DNA of 64,000 nt from an uncultured Bacteroidales bacterium (GTDB lineage Bacteria > Bacteroidota > Bacteroidia > Bacteroidales > UBA10428), in assembly GCA_963800645.1 (NCBI GenBank), contig CAWDBX010000003.1, positions 4,178 to 68,177 on the forward strand, written 5' to 3'. The notes beneath the pieces were generated by a model. It searched no databases. It was not told where the DNA came from and saw nothing but the letters and a program-made list of their open reading frames with translations. The position numbers and the translations under genes are program-made. Numbering within the stretch: position 1 is the stretch's first letter; every line of letters begins with the position of its first letter. Shown piece by piece: positions 1 to 9,617 of this stretch.

Positions 1-1984
1 TAGTACTGGGTGGTCACCTTGAGCATCGCCTTGTCGCCCTCGACCATGAAGACGTCCTGGACCGAGCCCTTGCCGAAGGTCCGCGTGCCCACGATCAGTG
101 CCCGGCGGTAGTCCTGCAGGGCGCCAGACGATCTTCTCCAAGCGCGCTGGCCGAGCCCTGGTTCACCAGCACCACCACGGGGAACTTGCGGTAGGTGTAC
201 TGCGGCTTGGCCTTGAACTGCTGCGTGGGGGTGTCGCCCGGGCCGACCGTCGAGACGATCACGCCCTCCTTGACGAACCGGTTGACCACGTCCACCGCCG
301 AGCTGAGCAGCCCGCCGGGTCGAACCGGAGATCCAGGATGAGGGCGTTGAGGCCGCGCTCCTCCTCCATCTGGTTGATCGCCGCGTCCAGGTCGCCGGCG
401 GACTGGACCAGGAACTGGGTGAGCCGGACGTAGCCGATCTTCTGCTCGCGGTCGATGAAGAAGTCCCACCCGCCGCCGGCCTTGTGCTCCCAGCCGCGGA
501 CCGACTCGATGGGGATCTTGGCCCGCTTGAGCCGGACGGACCGGACCTCGCCGCCCGGCGGACGCTGGATGCCCAGCGTCACGGGGGTGTTCTCGGGGCC
601 GGTGATCTCGCGGACCGCCTGGTCGAGCGACCAGTCGGCGGTGCTCCGGCCGTCGACGTTCACGATCGCGTCGCCCGCCGGATCCCGCCGCCAGCGCGGG
701 CGAGTTCTCCAGCGGGGTCACCACCGAGAGCACCTCGCGGCCGATCCGCGGCTCGAACTTGAGCTGGATCTGGATCCCCACGCCGTAGAACTCGCCGACC
801 ATTGTCCGCGAGAACGCGCCTTCTCACGCGGCCAGATCATCGCGGTGAACTCGTCCAGCATGCCCAGCGCCCTCGGTCAGCTCGTAGGCCAGGACCGACT
901 CGGGCAGCGAAACGGCCTTGTTGTTGGCCGCGACCATCCGGTCGATGATCGCCGCCTCGTCCTCGCCCCGGAGCGGATCGTTGCCCGCGTCCAGCTCCTG
1001 GCGGATCTGCTGAGCGCGGTGCGGAACTGGTCCAGCCTGGCCTTGTCGCCGAACGACGTGAAGGACGCCTCCAGGCCCTGCGTCTTGGCCGCCGTCAGCA
1101 GCTCGTCCAGGCGGCCCCCGAGCAGGGGCCGGTAGCCCGCTCGACGTGCCGGGTCGCGGCCTGTCGAGAAAGCCTGGCGAGCATGCCCATATCGATCCCC
1201 GCGAGCTTGTCCTGCCAGGTCTCCTTGTCCAGGTGCAGCGCCTCGGCCTGGCGTTCGGGATCCTTGAGTTCGTCGGCGGGCGAGGTGGCGGCGGCTCCCG
1301 GGCGCCGGGGCCGCGCGGCCGGCTGCGTCTTGGCGGCCTTGGCGTCGGCATCTTTATCCTTGCGGATCCGCTCGGCCCGGGCCCTCACCTGCTGCTCGAA
1401 CAGGGCGGGTGCGTACAGCCGCAGCACCTGCACGTGCCGGGTGGCGCCTTGTAGGTTTCGCGGTAGGTGGCGTAGTCGTCGAAGAGCAGGTCCAGGTCCC
1501 GGTAGAGGCTCATCGCCTCGACCCAGTCGCCGGCCCGCTCGGCCTCGATCGCGGCGTGTTCGGCGTCCCGGACGGCCGCCATGACCCGCGGGTCGTGCAG
1601 GAAGGCGTCCTTGCGGTCGGTCAGCCCGTGTGCCTCGATCCGCGAAGACCGCATCCTCGATGCGGCCGGCCTCCGACCGGGCGACCATCGCGTCCACCGC
1701 CTTGCGGTAGGCCTCCTCCCGCTTCGCCGCCATCGCCGACTGCTGGTCGTGGTACCGCTGCAGGTCGCGGCCCAGGCGGGCGGCACCGGGCGTGTCCTCG
1801 CCCTGGACGGACTTGAGCGACGCCAGGACCCGATCGAATTGACCGGGTCCCAGCCGGGCCATGTCGGTCGCCGGCGCGGTCGCCGGGACCTGGGCCCGCG
1901 AGGATGGAGAGCGCCGGCACACGCAAAGACGAGGATCAGACCGAGCAGACATGACCGATACAAGTGTCGCATCATGGAGGTCAA
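1..1984 (-). CDS. S41 family C-terminal processing peptidase (Ctp/Prc-like); 3' end runs off the window and the frame is broken several times
   Basis: Minus-strand fragments (ORFs 1385..1984, 1095..2000, 824..1351, 95..802, 259..663) read in series. They give a signal peptide (MRHLYRSCLLGLILVFACAGA), LILDLRFDP (S41 LDLRxNxGG-like), KFPVVVLVNQGSASA and, at the window edge, IVGTRTFGKGSVQ. G+C-rich codon usage. Confidence 0.7.
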
Positions 1985-2215
1985 CCACGCGTGGAATCAA
2001 AGATGACGCCGCCCGGGGTGCGGGCCTGCCCGTTCCGAACCCTCCGACGCCTTGTCATGATAGCCCGGCCGACCGGCCGTCGCCGCCCGCGGGTCTGCGA
2101 CGCGCACCGCGACGCCATGTCCGCCGGTGGGGCCCATGAGCGCGACTGGGCGCTCGACTCTCGCGGAAGGGCGGGCATCCGGGCAGCCGCTCACCGGTCT
2201 GCTTCCGACACGCTC

Positions 2216-2635
2216 TCAGGCCGATTCCTTCTGCGGCACGCGGAGCTCGGCCAGGCGCTTGCGGCTCCCGACGGTGTTGGCGTCGATGACGTACTGCCGC
2301 CGTCGTGGGCCAGTTCGGGCAGGTCGTACATCAGGTCCAGCATGATCTCTTCCATCACGCTCCGGAGCGCCAGGGCACCGGTATCGCGTGACAGGGCCTT
2401 GCGAGCGAGCTTCGAACAGCGCCGCGGGCGTGAACTCCAGCTCCGCGTTCTCCATCTGGAAGAAGTACTGGTACTGCCGCATCATCGCGTTCTTGGGCTC
2501 GGTGAGGATCTGCATCCATCGCGCTCTTCCGTCAGCGGCATCAGCGGGGTGCAGACCGGCAGGCGGCCGATCAGCTCGGGGATCATCCCGAACTCGATCA
2601 GGTCGTCGGGCGTGACCAGCAATATGTAGTCGTGG
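2216..2635 (-). pseudogene. clpX: clpX 3' fragment (C-terminal ~130 aa of the Clp ATPase subunit); N-terminal AAA+ part absent
   Basis: [22 protein letters not shown] (tail of ORF 2482..2820) and [27 protein letters not shown] (ORF 2216..2515) match the conserved ClpX C-terminal blocks (E. coli [20 protein letters not shown] / ILKEPKNALTKQYQALF). The gene stops at the composition break and has internal frame breaks. Confidence 0.75.
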
Positions 2636-2820
2636 AAGAACAATACACTTTCGTATTTCATTTTAAAAACTTTTAAGTCTGCCTGGCTTTCATATTTGAC
2701 AACAAAAACCTTTAAATCGGCCTGACTAGGGTATTCTACACTAAATACCTTCTGAGCAGAAGTTTTTATGAAAACATTAAGGAGTGTAGCAATCAAAATA
2801 TACTTTATCATACTATTCAT
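2636..2820 (-). pseudogene. 5' fragment of a secreted repeat protein (signal peptide plus Q-A-D-L-K-V-F repeats), cut off at the composition break
   Basis: N-terminal 60 aa of ORF 2482..2820: MNSMIKYILIATLLNVFIKTSAQ, then [29 protein letters not shown]. It runs in frame into the clpX fragment. Confidence 0.4.
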
Positions 2821-2847
2821 TTCCTATACTGACATTAAAATCTATGG

Positions 2848-3162
2848 CTAAATCGGAGTAAATTTTAATTGTTGCCCATGCATATACACACTAATAGAAT
2901 TATCATGATTAAATGTCATCGTCTGCGAGCCGCCCTGAAAAGCAGCATCACAATTTGAACCTGTATAGGTCAATTCGATTTTTCTACCATTAAGATCATA
3001 GCTATATACGAAATCGCATGAACCCATGCTCATCTTCATAGCACCATACCACCCCCCGCTTGAAGAAGTGAATGTCAAATAGACAGTTTCACCTGACCCG
3101 TAGTTAGCAAAGGTGTTGTCAAGCAGGTAATCTCTTATTTGCTTACCCTCATCATCAGTCAT
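2848..3162 (-). CDS. hypothetical protein
   Basis: Intact 104-aa ORF. Its start overlaps the stop of the upstream ORF by 4 nt (ATGA), which suggests an operon. No recognisable motif. Confidence 0.45.
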   Translation of the reverse strand: MTDDEGKQIRDYLLDNTFANYGSGETVYLTFTSSSGGWYGAMKMSMGSCDFVYSYDLNGRKIELTYTGSNCDAAFQGGSQTMTFNHDNSISVYMHGQQLKFTPI

Positions 3163-3703
3163 GATTCAGTAGATGATTCAGTAGATTTGGAATTTGATGA
3201 AGAATTATTGTCAGTTCCAATTGGGATAAGAATTAACAGTAATAGAAAAACACCAAATAATCCCAAAATGATATTTCTTGCTTTAAGTTTCGGTACAAGT
3301 AATCGTACTACTGCCATTGCTAAGCCAATTGAAATAACTGTTACTATTATAAAAGCAATGAAACTATCATATCGAATCCAAAATATAATACCCAAGATTA
3401 CACATAACCCAAGAACCATCTTAAACAGATTTACTGTTGTTTCATTCCCTGCTTCAAATTCTCTGGATTCGGATTTGACTGACTTATGCTGAACTTCTGA
3501 AGATTCAGCCGATTTCTTTCTATCGGTTGTTTTTTCCTTAAATGTAGGAGAGGGTGAAGATGTGGATTTAGGTTCATCCTCACTGGTACCCACCGTAAGG
3601 AAATTCTTTTTTAATAAATTATATTCTTCTTCAGTTATCGCACCTTGTTGAAAAGTGCTTTAAGTTTCTTGATTTCTTCGATCTTTTCCACCAATTTTTT
3701 CAT
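3159..3703 (-). CDS. SHOCT-like domain membrane protein (one frame break near 3645)
   Basis: The ATG at 3703 gives MKKLVEKIEEIKKLKALF. After a +2 shift it continues QQGAITEEEYNLLKKNFL (SHOCT-like helix pair) into ORF 3159..3593, which has a charged linker and several TM helices. Confidence 0.55.
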
Positions 3704-3738
3704 AACGTAAAGCCAACTTTTATAAAATGTATTTTCAA

Positions 3739-4164
3739 TTATCTTATATTCATTGAAATAGGTAATCTTAAAATGTGGTCAATTATGGCTTTAACGTGAA
3801 CACGAACCTTTTGGCTCTTTTGTTTAGAATTTCTAAAACATTTGCTTGATTCAATATATTCAGCAACATATTTATCCCCTTGTTGGGTCACAGAAAATGA
3901 TTCGGGTTCAAATCCAAAATTTGGATTTAGAAATTCTTTTATGAAATCTGTTTGCATGTATTTTGAGATTGCATCAGGCGTGGTATTGCGCATAGTAATA
4001 TACAATTCAATTTTATCAGCAAAAAATTTGCCTGCGTCAAAATTTCTTGTATTGTTATTGAAATCATAGTAATATGCCTTAATAAGGTCAACTATATTTT
4101 CTTTATAATTCGATGAATATCCAGAGGAGTATTGATTTTTATTGCTTTCCTCATTATTAATCAA
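3739..4164 (-). CDS. hypothetical protein; may be the distal part of a longer disrupted gene
   Basis: 141-aa ORF with AT-rich codon usage like its neighbours. No motif recognised. Confidence 0.35.
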   Translation of the reverse strand: MINNEESNKNQYSSGYSSNYKENIVDLIKAYYYDFNNNTRNFDAGKFFADKIELYITMRNTTPDAISKYMQTDFIKEFLNPNFGFEPESFSVTQQGDKYVAEYIESSKCFRNSKQKSQKVRVHVKAIIDHILRLPISMNIR

Positions 4165-4544
4165 AACATATTCTTTCCCATTAAATTCATAAATTTCCGT
4201 ATTACCACCACTTGGAGTTACCTCTATATCACTGTACCCAATACTTTTAGGGATAAATTTGAAATCATAAGAGTCTCAAATATTTCTATAAATTCACCAT
4301 TAATGAATGAAAATAAATATGTACCCTTCCAACTTGAACCCGCACCAGCCTCATAAGTGGTGAAAAATAATACCATAATTATCTGTGGAAATTTTGAATG
4401 GGCTCGTTGCCTCATCATAATATATATTTAATGCAATACTTTTCTTACTCACTTTCCAGCCATGCGAGTCTTCAAATTCGAATAATGCTTATATATGAAT
4501 CATTATTTGCGTTCGATTTTACGATAGTAACCATTAAATCTTTC

Positions 4545-5132
4545 TTACTTAAACTGATTTTGGTGAAATCCAACAATTTCATGATTCCATTTCAACGAAT
4601 TATCATAGGATATGTTTGATTGTGAATATTTTGATAATTCGTCCATTATGATTTTGGTTGCAGTCGCCTCATCCCAGATTGCAGTTGCTTGCTTTGCAAC
4701 TGGTTCAGCAGAAATTTGGGTATTTTCGGAAGGATCTAATACATGGCTATTTTGTTTGCCTGTTATAATGAAATAGGCTGCCATACTAATTATTAATAAG
4801 GAAGCAGAAGTTATACCAATCTTCACAGCAGTATTCTTTCTTGGCTTTTGTCGAACTTATTGTTATCAGATTTTTTATCTGCGTTTTAAGGTGCTTTTCA
4901 GTTTCAGAAATGGATGGAGGTTCTAAATTGGCATTTTTTCAGAGAAAGTTATATCGGTTTCTTCCAACTTATTGGCAGAATCAATTGATGATTCCGTTTC
5001 TTTAGGTTGCTGACCTGCAATATTGGAGATAATTTCAGATTTTAATTGGTCATATTCTTCTTTATTTAAAGCACCTGACTTAAACAAATCGAATAATTCC
5101 TGAAGTTTTGTTGCGATTGAATCGTTAGGCAT
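4545..5132 (-). CDS. SHOCT-like domain protein with TM segment (two fragments, 4923..5132 and 4545..4826)
   Basis: KLQELFDLFKSGALNKEEYDQLKSEII (SHOCT-like) in ORF 4923..5132. A basic linker and the TM helix ITSASLLIISMAAYFIIT follow in ORF 4545..4826. Same architecture as 3159..3703. Confidence 0.5.
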
Positions 5133-5426
5133 GTTTTAAGATTTTTATTATTTACAAACAGTATAAGTGGTAACTGTTTCATTCATTCGGTTTCAACACC
5201 CCCCTCACGCAATAAAATTTTATTATCACTCAAAACCTTACAGTTACGAGAAATATAACTGATGAAATAAAATATTGCATTAATGCGTTGAAATACTTTA
5301 TTTTAGTTATTACGATTAAAGTAATGATTGGTTACAAATTCCTTTTGGGTATTTGTATTATCTCCGCTAAGCGATATTTGGAGTTTTGCTTTTATGAAAA
5401 TGTGGCCTTCGGTTGCCCTATTAAAC

Positions 5427-5535
5427 CCTTGCTTGGCGTAGTTTTCCTAACTACGCCTTGATGAAACTGTAGTATTTAACTACAATTGAGTTAGGGGCTA
5501 CTAAATCAGAGTGGGTGTGAGAGCGAGAGCGAGAA
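5427..5535. repeat. Composite repeat, locus 1: module M1 (hairpins with CCTAAC/GTTAGG cores) plus the first ~30 nt of module M2
   Basis: Near-identical to 7308-7418: ccttgct.ggcgtagttttcctaactacgccttgatgaaactgtagt.tttaactac.att.agttaggggctactaaatcagagtgggtgtgagag.gagagcgagaa. Confidence 0.85.
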
Positions 5536-5791
5536 ACGCTTTATACGGATCATGGCGTTGATTTTTCTCATTACAAACAATTAAGCAACTTGCAAGTCCA
5601 TAAAGTGTAAAATCCACGTCAGACTCTTTCACCTTATCGGTAAATTGATTGACTTCAAGACTTGCTTCTGCGATTTCACCATCTTCTATATATTTGAAGG
5701 TTTTTTTAAGGCTTTGCCCATTTATTTTACCAATAGATACGAGCTGTAATACCACTATTGGAAATAATCCTAATCTAACATTTGTTTTCAT
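5501..5791 (-). CDS. hypothetical protein (3' end reads into the repeat)
   Basis: 96-aa ORF. The last ~12 codons are encoded by repeat module M2, so the true stop is uncertain. Confidence 0.3.
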   Translation of the reverse strand: MKTNVRLGLFPIVVLQLVSIGKINGQSLKKTFKYIEDGEIAEASLEVNQFTDKVKESDVDFTLYGLASCLIVCNEKNQRHDPYKAFLALALTPTLI

Positions 5792-5834
5792 TAGCTTTTA
5801 TTTAAAAATACAGCAGGACAATTTAATTTACTCT

Positions 5835-6350
5835 TCAAAAAAAAAGTGTATATGACACTTCATCACAAAATTCTTCTTCAGTAAACATAATAGCAATCTC
5901 TCCTGAAAGTGCTTTGTTATTCCTTGTTGATACTTTGCACGAAACAAAGTCTTTTTTTAAAGGAAAGTGATAACTGGAAGCTCTTTCCCATCCTGTTGAA
6001 GATAATCTTTCTGTAAATATTCTTGGGATAGTAACATATTCACAATTATTACTATACTCAAAATACAGGGGAGTCCACATTTTATCATCTGGAATATTTA
6101 TATTAAATCCATTATTTTGCTTATTATGAGTGAATTGTTTAATAATTAATTTCTCTGACATTTCACCATCTTTGAAAATTAATCCAATGTTCGATGCCTT
6201 ATTGACTGCACTTATAAACAAATTGTCTGTAATATCATCATTTGAATTTGACACTTTATTATATATGTCATATTGCTCACCTTCATCTACCCCCATTGCC
6301 CCATTGTTGAATTTTATTACCCCATTACCATCATAAGAACCAGAAAGCAT
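5835..6350 (-). CDS. hypothetical protein; the frame stays open upstream of the first ATG, so it probably extends toward ~6700 with frame breaks
   Basis: 171-aa ORF. Hand translation upstream of 6350 stays open in the same frame (..VIISNGVVQFQTGENESSLKDTPIESFDEFGSFSLKDF-M..). Confidence 0.4.
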   Translation of the reverse strand: MLSGSYDGNGVIKFNNGAMGVDEGEQYDIYNKVSNSNDDITDNLFISAVNKASNIGLIFKDGEMSEKLIIKQFTHNKQNNGFNINIPDDKMWTPLYFEYSNNCEYVTIPRIFTERLSSTGWERASSYHFPLKKDFVSCKVSTRNNKALSGEIAIMFTEEEFCDEVSYTLFF

Positions 6351-6735
6351 GAAATCCTTTAAACTGAAACTGCCAAATTCATCAAATGACTCAATAGGGG
6401 TATCTTTTAAACTACTTTCGTTTTCTCCTGTTTGAAACTGAACAACTCCATTAGATATAATAACCTTTACTTACCCCCATTACATCCCCACTATATCCTC
6501 TATTTAAATAAATTCCAGTTGGTGGCACTTTATCGGCTGGAATATTATTCCCACAAATTCTATAACTCTTGGGAGATTTTCCTGACTTTTATGCTTCACC
6601 AACTGAATAACCCGGTTTTCATCTTGCAAATTTAGAATTAGCTCCTTTTATCAGTAGCCGGTATCTTTTCATTTTCGTAAAGAATTGCCACTTTGAGTTC
6701 ATCCTCTGAAGAATAAATGATATTAAAAATGGCAG

Positions 6736-6990
6736 TCATTCCTCTGCATTTAGCCTAAACACATTATCATTTAACCATGAAATATTGTAACTATTTGTTT
6801 CTCCGAGTAAAATAGTTGTGCTATCAACAAACTTTAGAACTTGGTTACTTGAATTTTGGATTGACTCACTTGTCATTGTCATTAACCATTCCTCTCCTGC
6901 CAAATAAAATTGTCTTCGGTCGTATTGCTGCAGGATTTTCATCAGAACCATCGCAAATATTAAAGCTAAGAGATAAGCTAGTTTTTTCAT
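6736..6990 (-). CDS. small secreted or membrane-anchored hypothetical protein
   Basis: 84-aa ORF with an N-terminal hydrophobic signal-like segment (MKKLAYLLALIFAMVLM). Confidence 0.4.
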   Translation of the reverse strand: MKKLAYLLALIFAMVLMKILQQYDRRQFYLAGEEWLMTMTSESIQNSSNQVLKFVDSTTILLGETNSYNISWLNDNVFRLNAEE

Positions 6991-7004
6991 GATTAATAAA
7001 TTTA

Positions 7005-7071
7005 GTCTAACAATTTGACATACTTAATGTTTAGTCTTACGAAAGCAAGACTTTTTTGTTTCGGCGTTAAG
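7005..7071 (-). other. weak attC-like site (GCTTAAC ... GTTAGAC in gene orientation) 15 nt upstream of the 6990 start codon
   Basis: Both 7-mers fit RYYYAAC / GTTRRRY. There is a central stem agtctt-N8-aagact. Arm pairing outside the cores is poor. Confidence 0.2.
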
Positions 7072-7185
7072 CAAAAAGGACAGTTATGTCAGCCAAGCAA
7101 CACCTAAGCAATGTTATACTGTACTAATGAAACAAATACCCTTGTCATTTAATTCTTTAGTGTCGAGTATAAGTCCTGGGGGGAT

Positions 7186-7487
7186 ACTAATCAGAGTGAG
7201 GGTGAGAGCGAGAGAGAGTGAGAGTGAGAGCGTGAACGAGAACCGTTTATGCTCACGCTGATTTCTCCAATCTCACACTCACACTCGCACTGTCTTGGTT
7301 CACTCCCCCTTGCTAGGCGTAGTTTTCCTAACTACGCCTTGATGAAACTGTAGTTTTTAACTACCATTCAGTTAGGGGCTACTAAATCAGAGTGGGTGTG
7401 AGAGTGAGAGCGAGAACGAGCCCGTTTATGCTCACTCTGATTTCTCTAATCTCACACTCACACTCGCACTGTCTTGGTTCACTCCCC
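7186..7487. repeat. Composite repeat, locus 2: M2 - M1 - M2
   Basis: M2 copies at 7186-7308 and 7383-7487 share aatcagagtg.ggtgagag(c/t)gagag...cgtttatgctcac.ctgatttctc.aatctcacactcacactcgcactgtcttggttcactcccc. M1 at 7308-7390 matches 5427-5505. Confidence 0.85.
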
Positions 7488-7522
7488 GGCTGGCGGAAAG
7501 AGGGAATGGAATCATCCCCTGA

Positions 7523-9109
7523 TTAATTGGTAAAGAAGAACAACATCACTGTTGCTGCTGTGGTGATGAAGAATCCCAGAGGCAGACTCAGCAGCAATAC
7601 CTGCCTGGCTTTCAGGGAACGGCCTTCCCATGTTGCTTTGATGTTACGGAGACTTATACCAGAGTCCTGTCAATATCAGCATAGCTTGAAACCATGGGAT
7701 ATACTGTGGAAGAAATTGATGCCATGGAATATTTGCCGTACCAAAAAAATCCCAGCCCCATCCAAACGGATCGGAAGCTGATTGGATAATGAAGGTCATA
7801 TTAACAAAGAGCATCGGAATTACAAAAGCAATCCATAGCATGAGTCCTAAAGGCAACAGTGATCCGGCAGATGCGAGAAATACCTCCCTGGTGCTGATAT
7901 TTATTTTTGATAACTCTGACTCCTGCCTTTGCAAGCAGATAGAGTATTCCTGGCATGATCATCAACACCAAAGACCACAGGACCAGTGAATAAATCCCAA
8001 ACAAATCCCAGTTATGCTTATCCAGAATATTCACATAATCACGAACAACTGGCCAGTGGTCCCAGGTACAAAATACTATAAATAATGGCAATTGTAAATA
8101 TTGCAATTGTCAGCCAGGCTTCACTCATATTACGAGTTCCACGTTCCGAGCCAAAAGGTCTTTTGAATATCGATACATTATTATATGAGCAACTTCGCGT
8201 GCATTCGAGACATAATCCGCAATCGGCATTCTCTTTCATTTCCCCCACATTTATTCCATAAGGGCATGCCCATCCTTTGCATTGCCTTTCTGGCAAAAAT
8301 GAGGTTTGCACTGGTCGCAAACCATCTGTGATTTATTCCTGACGGCCAGTATGCTCATTCCTGAAAATGGACCGACAAAAACACTGACCGGACAAACATA
8401 ACGGCAAAATGCCCGCAATTCCCAGATCAGGGCCATAAAAGTTGGAACCAGCAGCAGCATAAGTACAGTAATCCCTGAAATTCTTGGAGTTGCAACAAGA
8501 GTAGTGGAAAAGGTAGCCAGAATTAAAAAGACAATCAGTCTGAGCCAGTTGTTACTAAACCATTTTGGCCATTTCAGGAATAATCCTGAAAAATGGTTAT
8601 TATATTCTTTAGTCCTTCCCTTAAGGGGTGAAAAGAATGATCTGCGCTGGATCCAGTCGCCAAAAAAAGGCAAGGGACAGATAGTGCACCAGATTCTTCC
8701 GCCAAGCGGGGTCAAGAACTGCTATCAGCAGAAAAAGCCAGATCGCCCACATCATTAATACGCCAAGATTTCTGCCCGATACTTTAGTCCCAAATACTGA
8801 GGTCATAATTACAACATAAATCATTACCATTGCCAAAATGGTAAGGATAATCTGCGGCCATCTGGAAACAATGATTTTGCTGAAAAGACCGGATTTTTCA
8901 AACAAGTCTCTCATCTCATATTTCTTATCTCCTGTATTGTTTTCAGGGTCAGCCTTGCGGAAAATCCTAATAAGCCATAATAACAAAATCCCAGAAAGAC
9001 TTCCAAGACTGGAGAATAACAAGGTGTTTGGCAATATGATCAGCTTACCCTGTTCAAAAGCATGCATTGGACCGCACCAGACATGACAACGGTAATTGCT
9101 TTTTGCCAC
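7523..9109 (-). CDS. multi-pass membrane 4Fe-4S polyferredoxin (NapH/NosR/YccM-like); at least 5 frame breaks
   Basis: Fragments 8621..9109, 8251..8715, 8039..8320, 7801..8106 and 7644..7934, plus a hand-translated tail ..NIKATWEGRSLKARQVLLLSLPLGFFITTAATVMLFFFTN*. Cys clusters: CTICPLPFFG, FCRYVCPVSVF, CDQCKPHFCQKG, CGLCLECTRSC. Confidence 0.7.
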
Positions 9110-9181
9110 AAATAATTCAATATGCCTGGATGTTTTGCAGTAAAAGTTAATTCCTTAGTTAATTGAGGCTTAATTGAAGGA

Positions 9182-9471
9182 TCACTTAGGTTTGAAAACA
9201 ACGACCTCATCATTGCCAGGGCTTACTTTTGCATCTATATCAAATTCCTCCAGGAAAAATGAGTGCCCGGTATCATCGGTGGAAAAAGTGAGGTGCAGCT
9301 GTCACCCCGGTTGCATCTAATAACAGAGGGATCCTTGCCATATCTGAAGTTCCTGATATGAAAATACCTGTCTGTGGGTTCCTTGACGAAGAACTGACAT
9401 ATCAAGGCTGATATCAACCCAAAAGCTGAATGACAATAAAGATTAATTATATTTCTTTTGACCATCTTCAT
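9182..9471 (-). CDS. small cupredoxin-like protein (frame-broken)
   Basis: ORF 9235..9471 gives an N-terminal signal-like segment. An alternative frame gives LHLTFSTDDTGHSFFLEEFDIDAKVSPGNDEVVVFKPK*, a cupredoxin-type strand pattern. It lies directly upstream of the polyferredoxin gene. Confidence 0.35.
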
Positions 9472-9617
9472 GATAAGAGATATGCCAATTTAAATCGAAA
9501 ATTGATCAGGATGCAAAAATCCTTTTGATTAGCGATCAATGATAATAATTAATTTTTAATGACTCGCATGATTATTGAATTTTATATAGGTTTGCAGACA
9601 AACTATAAATTACACTG

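Noticed and set aside
95-2194. Many long overlapping ORFs on both strands of the G+C-rich segment (for example 455..1135+, 1146..1584+, 1409..2006+, 1964..2629+, 1621..1926-).
   Set aside because: They have Arg/Pro/Gly-rich, low-complexity translations, typical of off-frame reading in high-GC DNA. They overlap the S41 peptidase and clpX frames, which carry real motifs.
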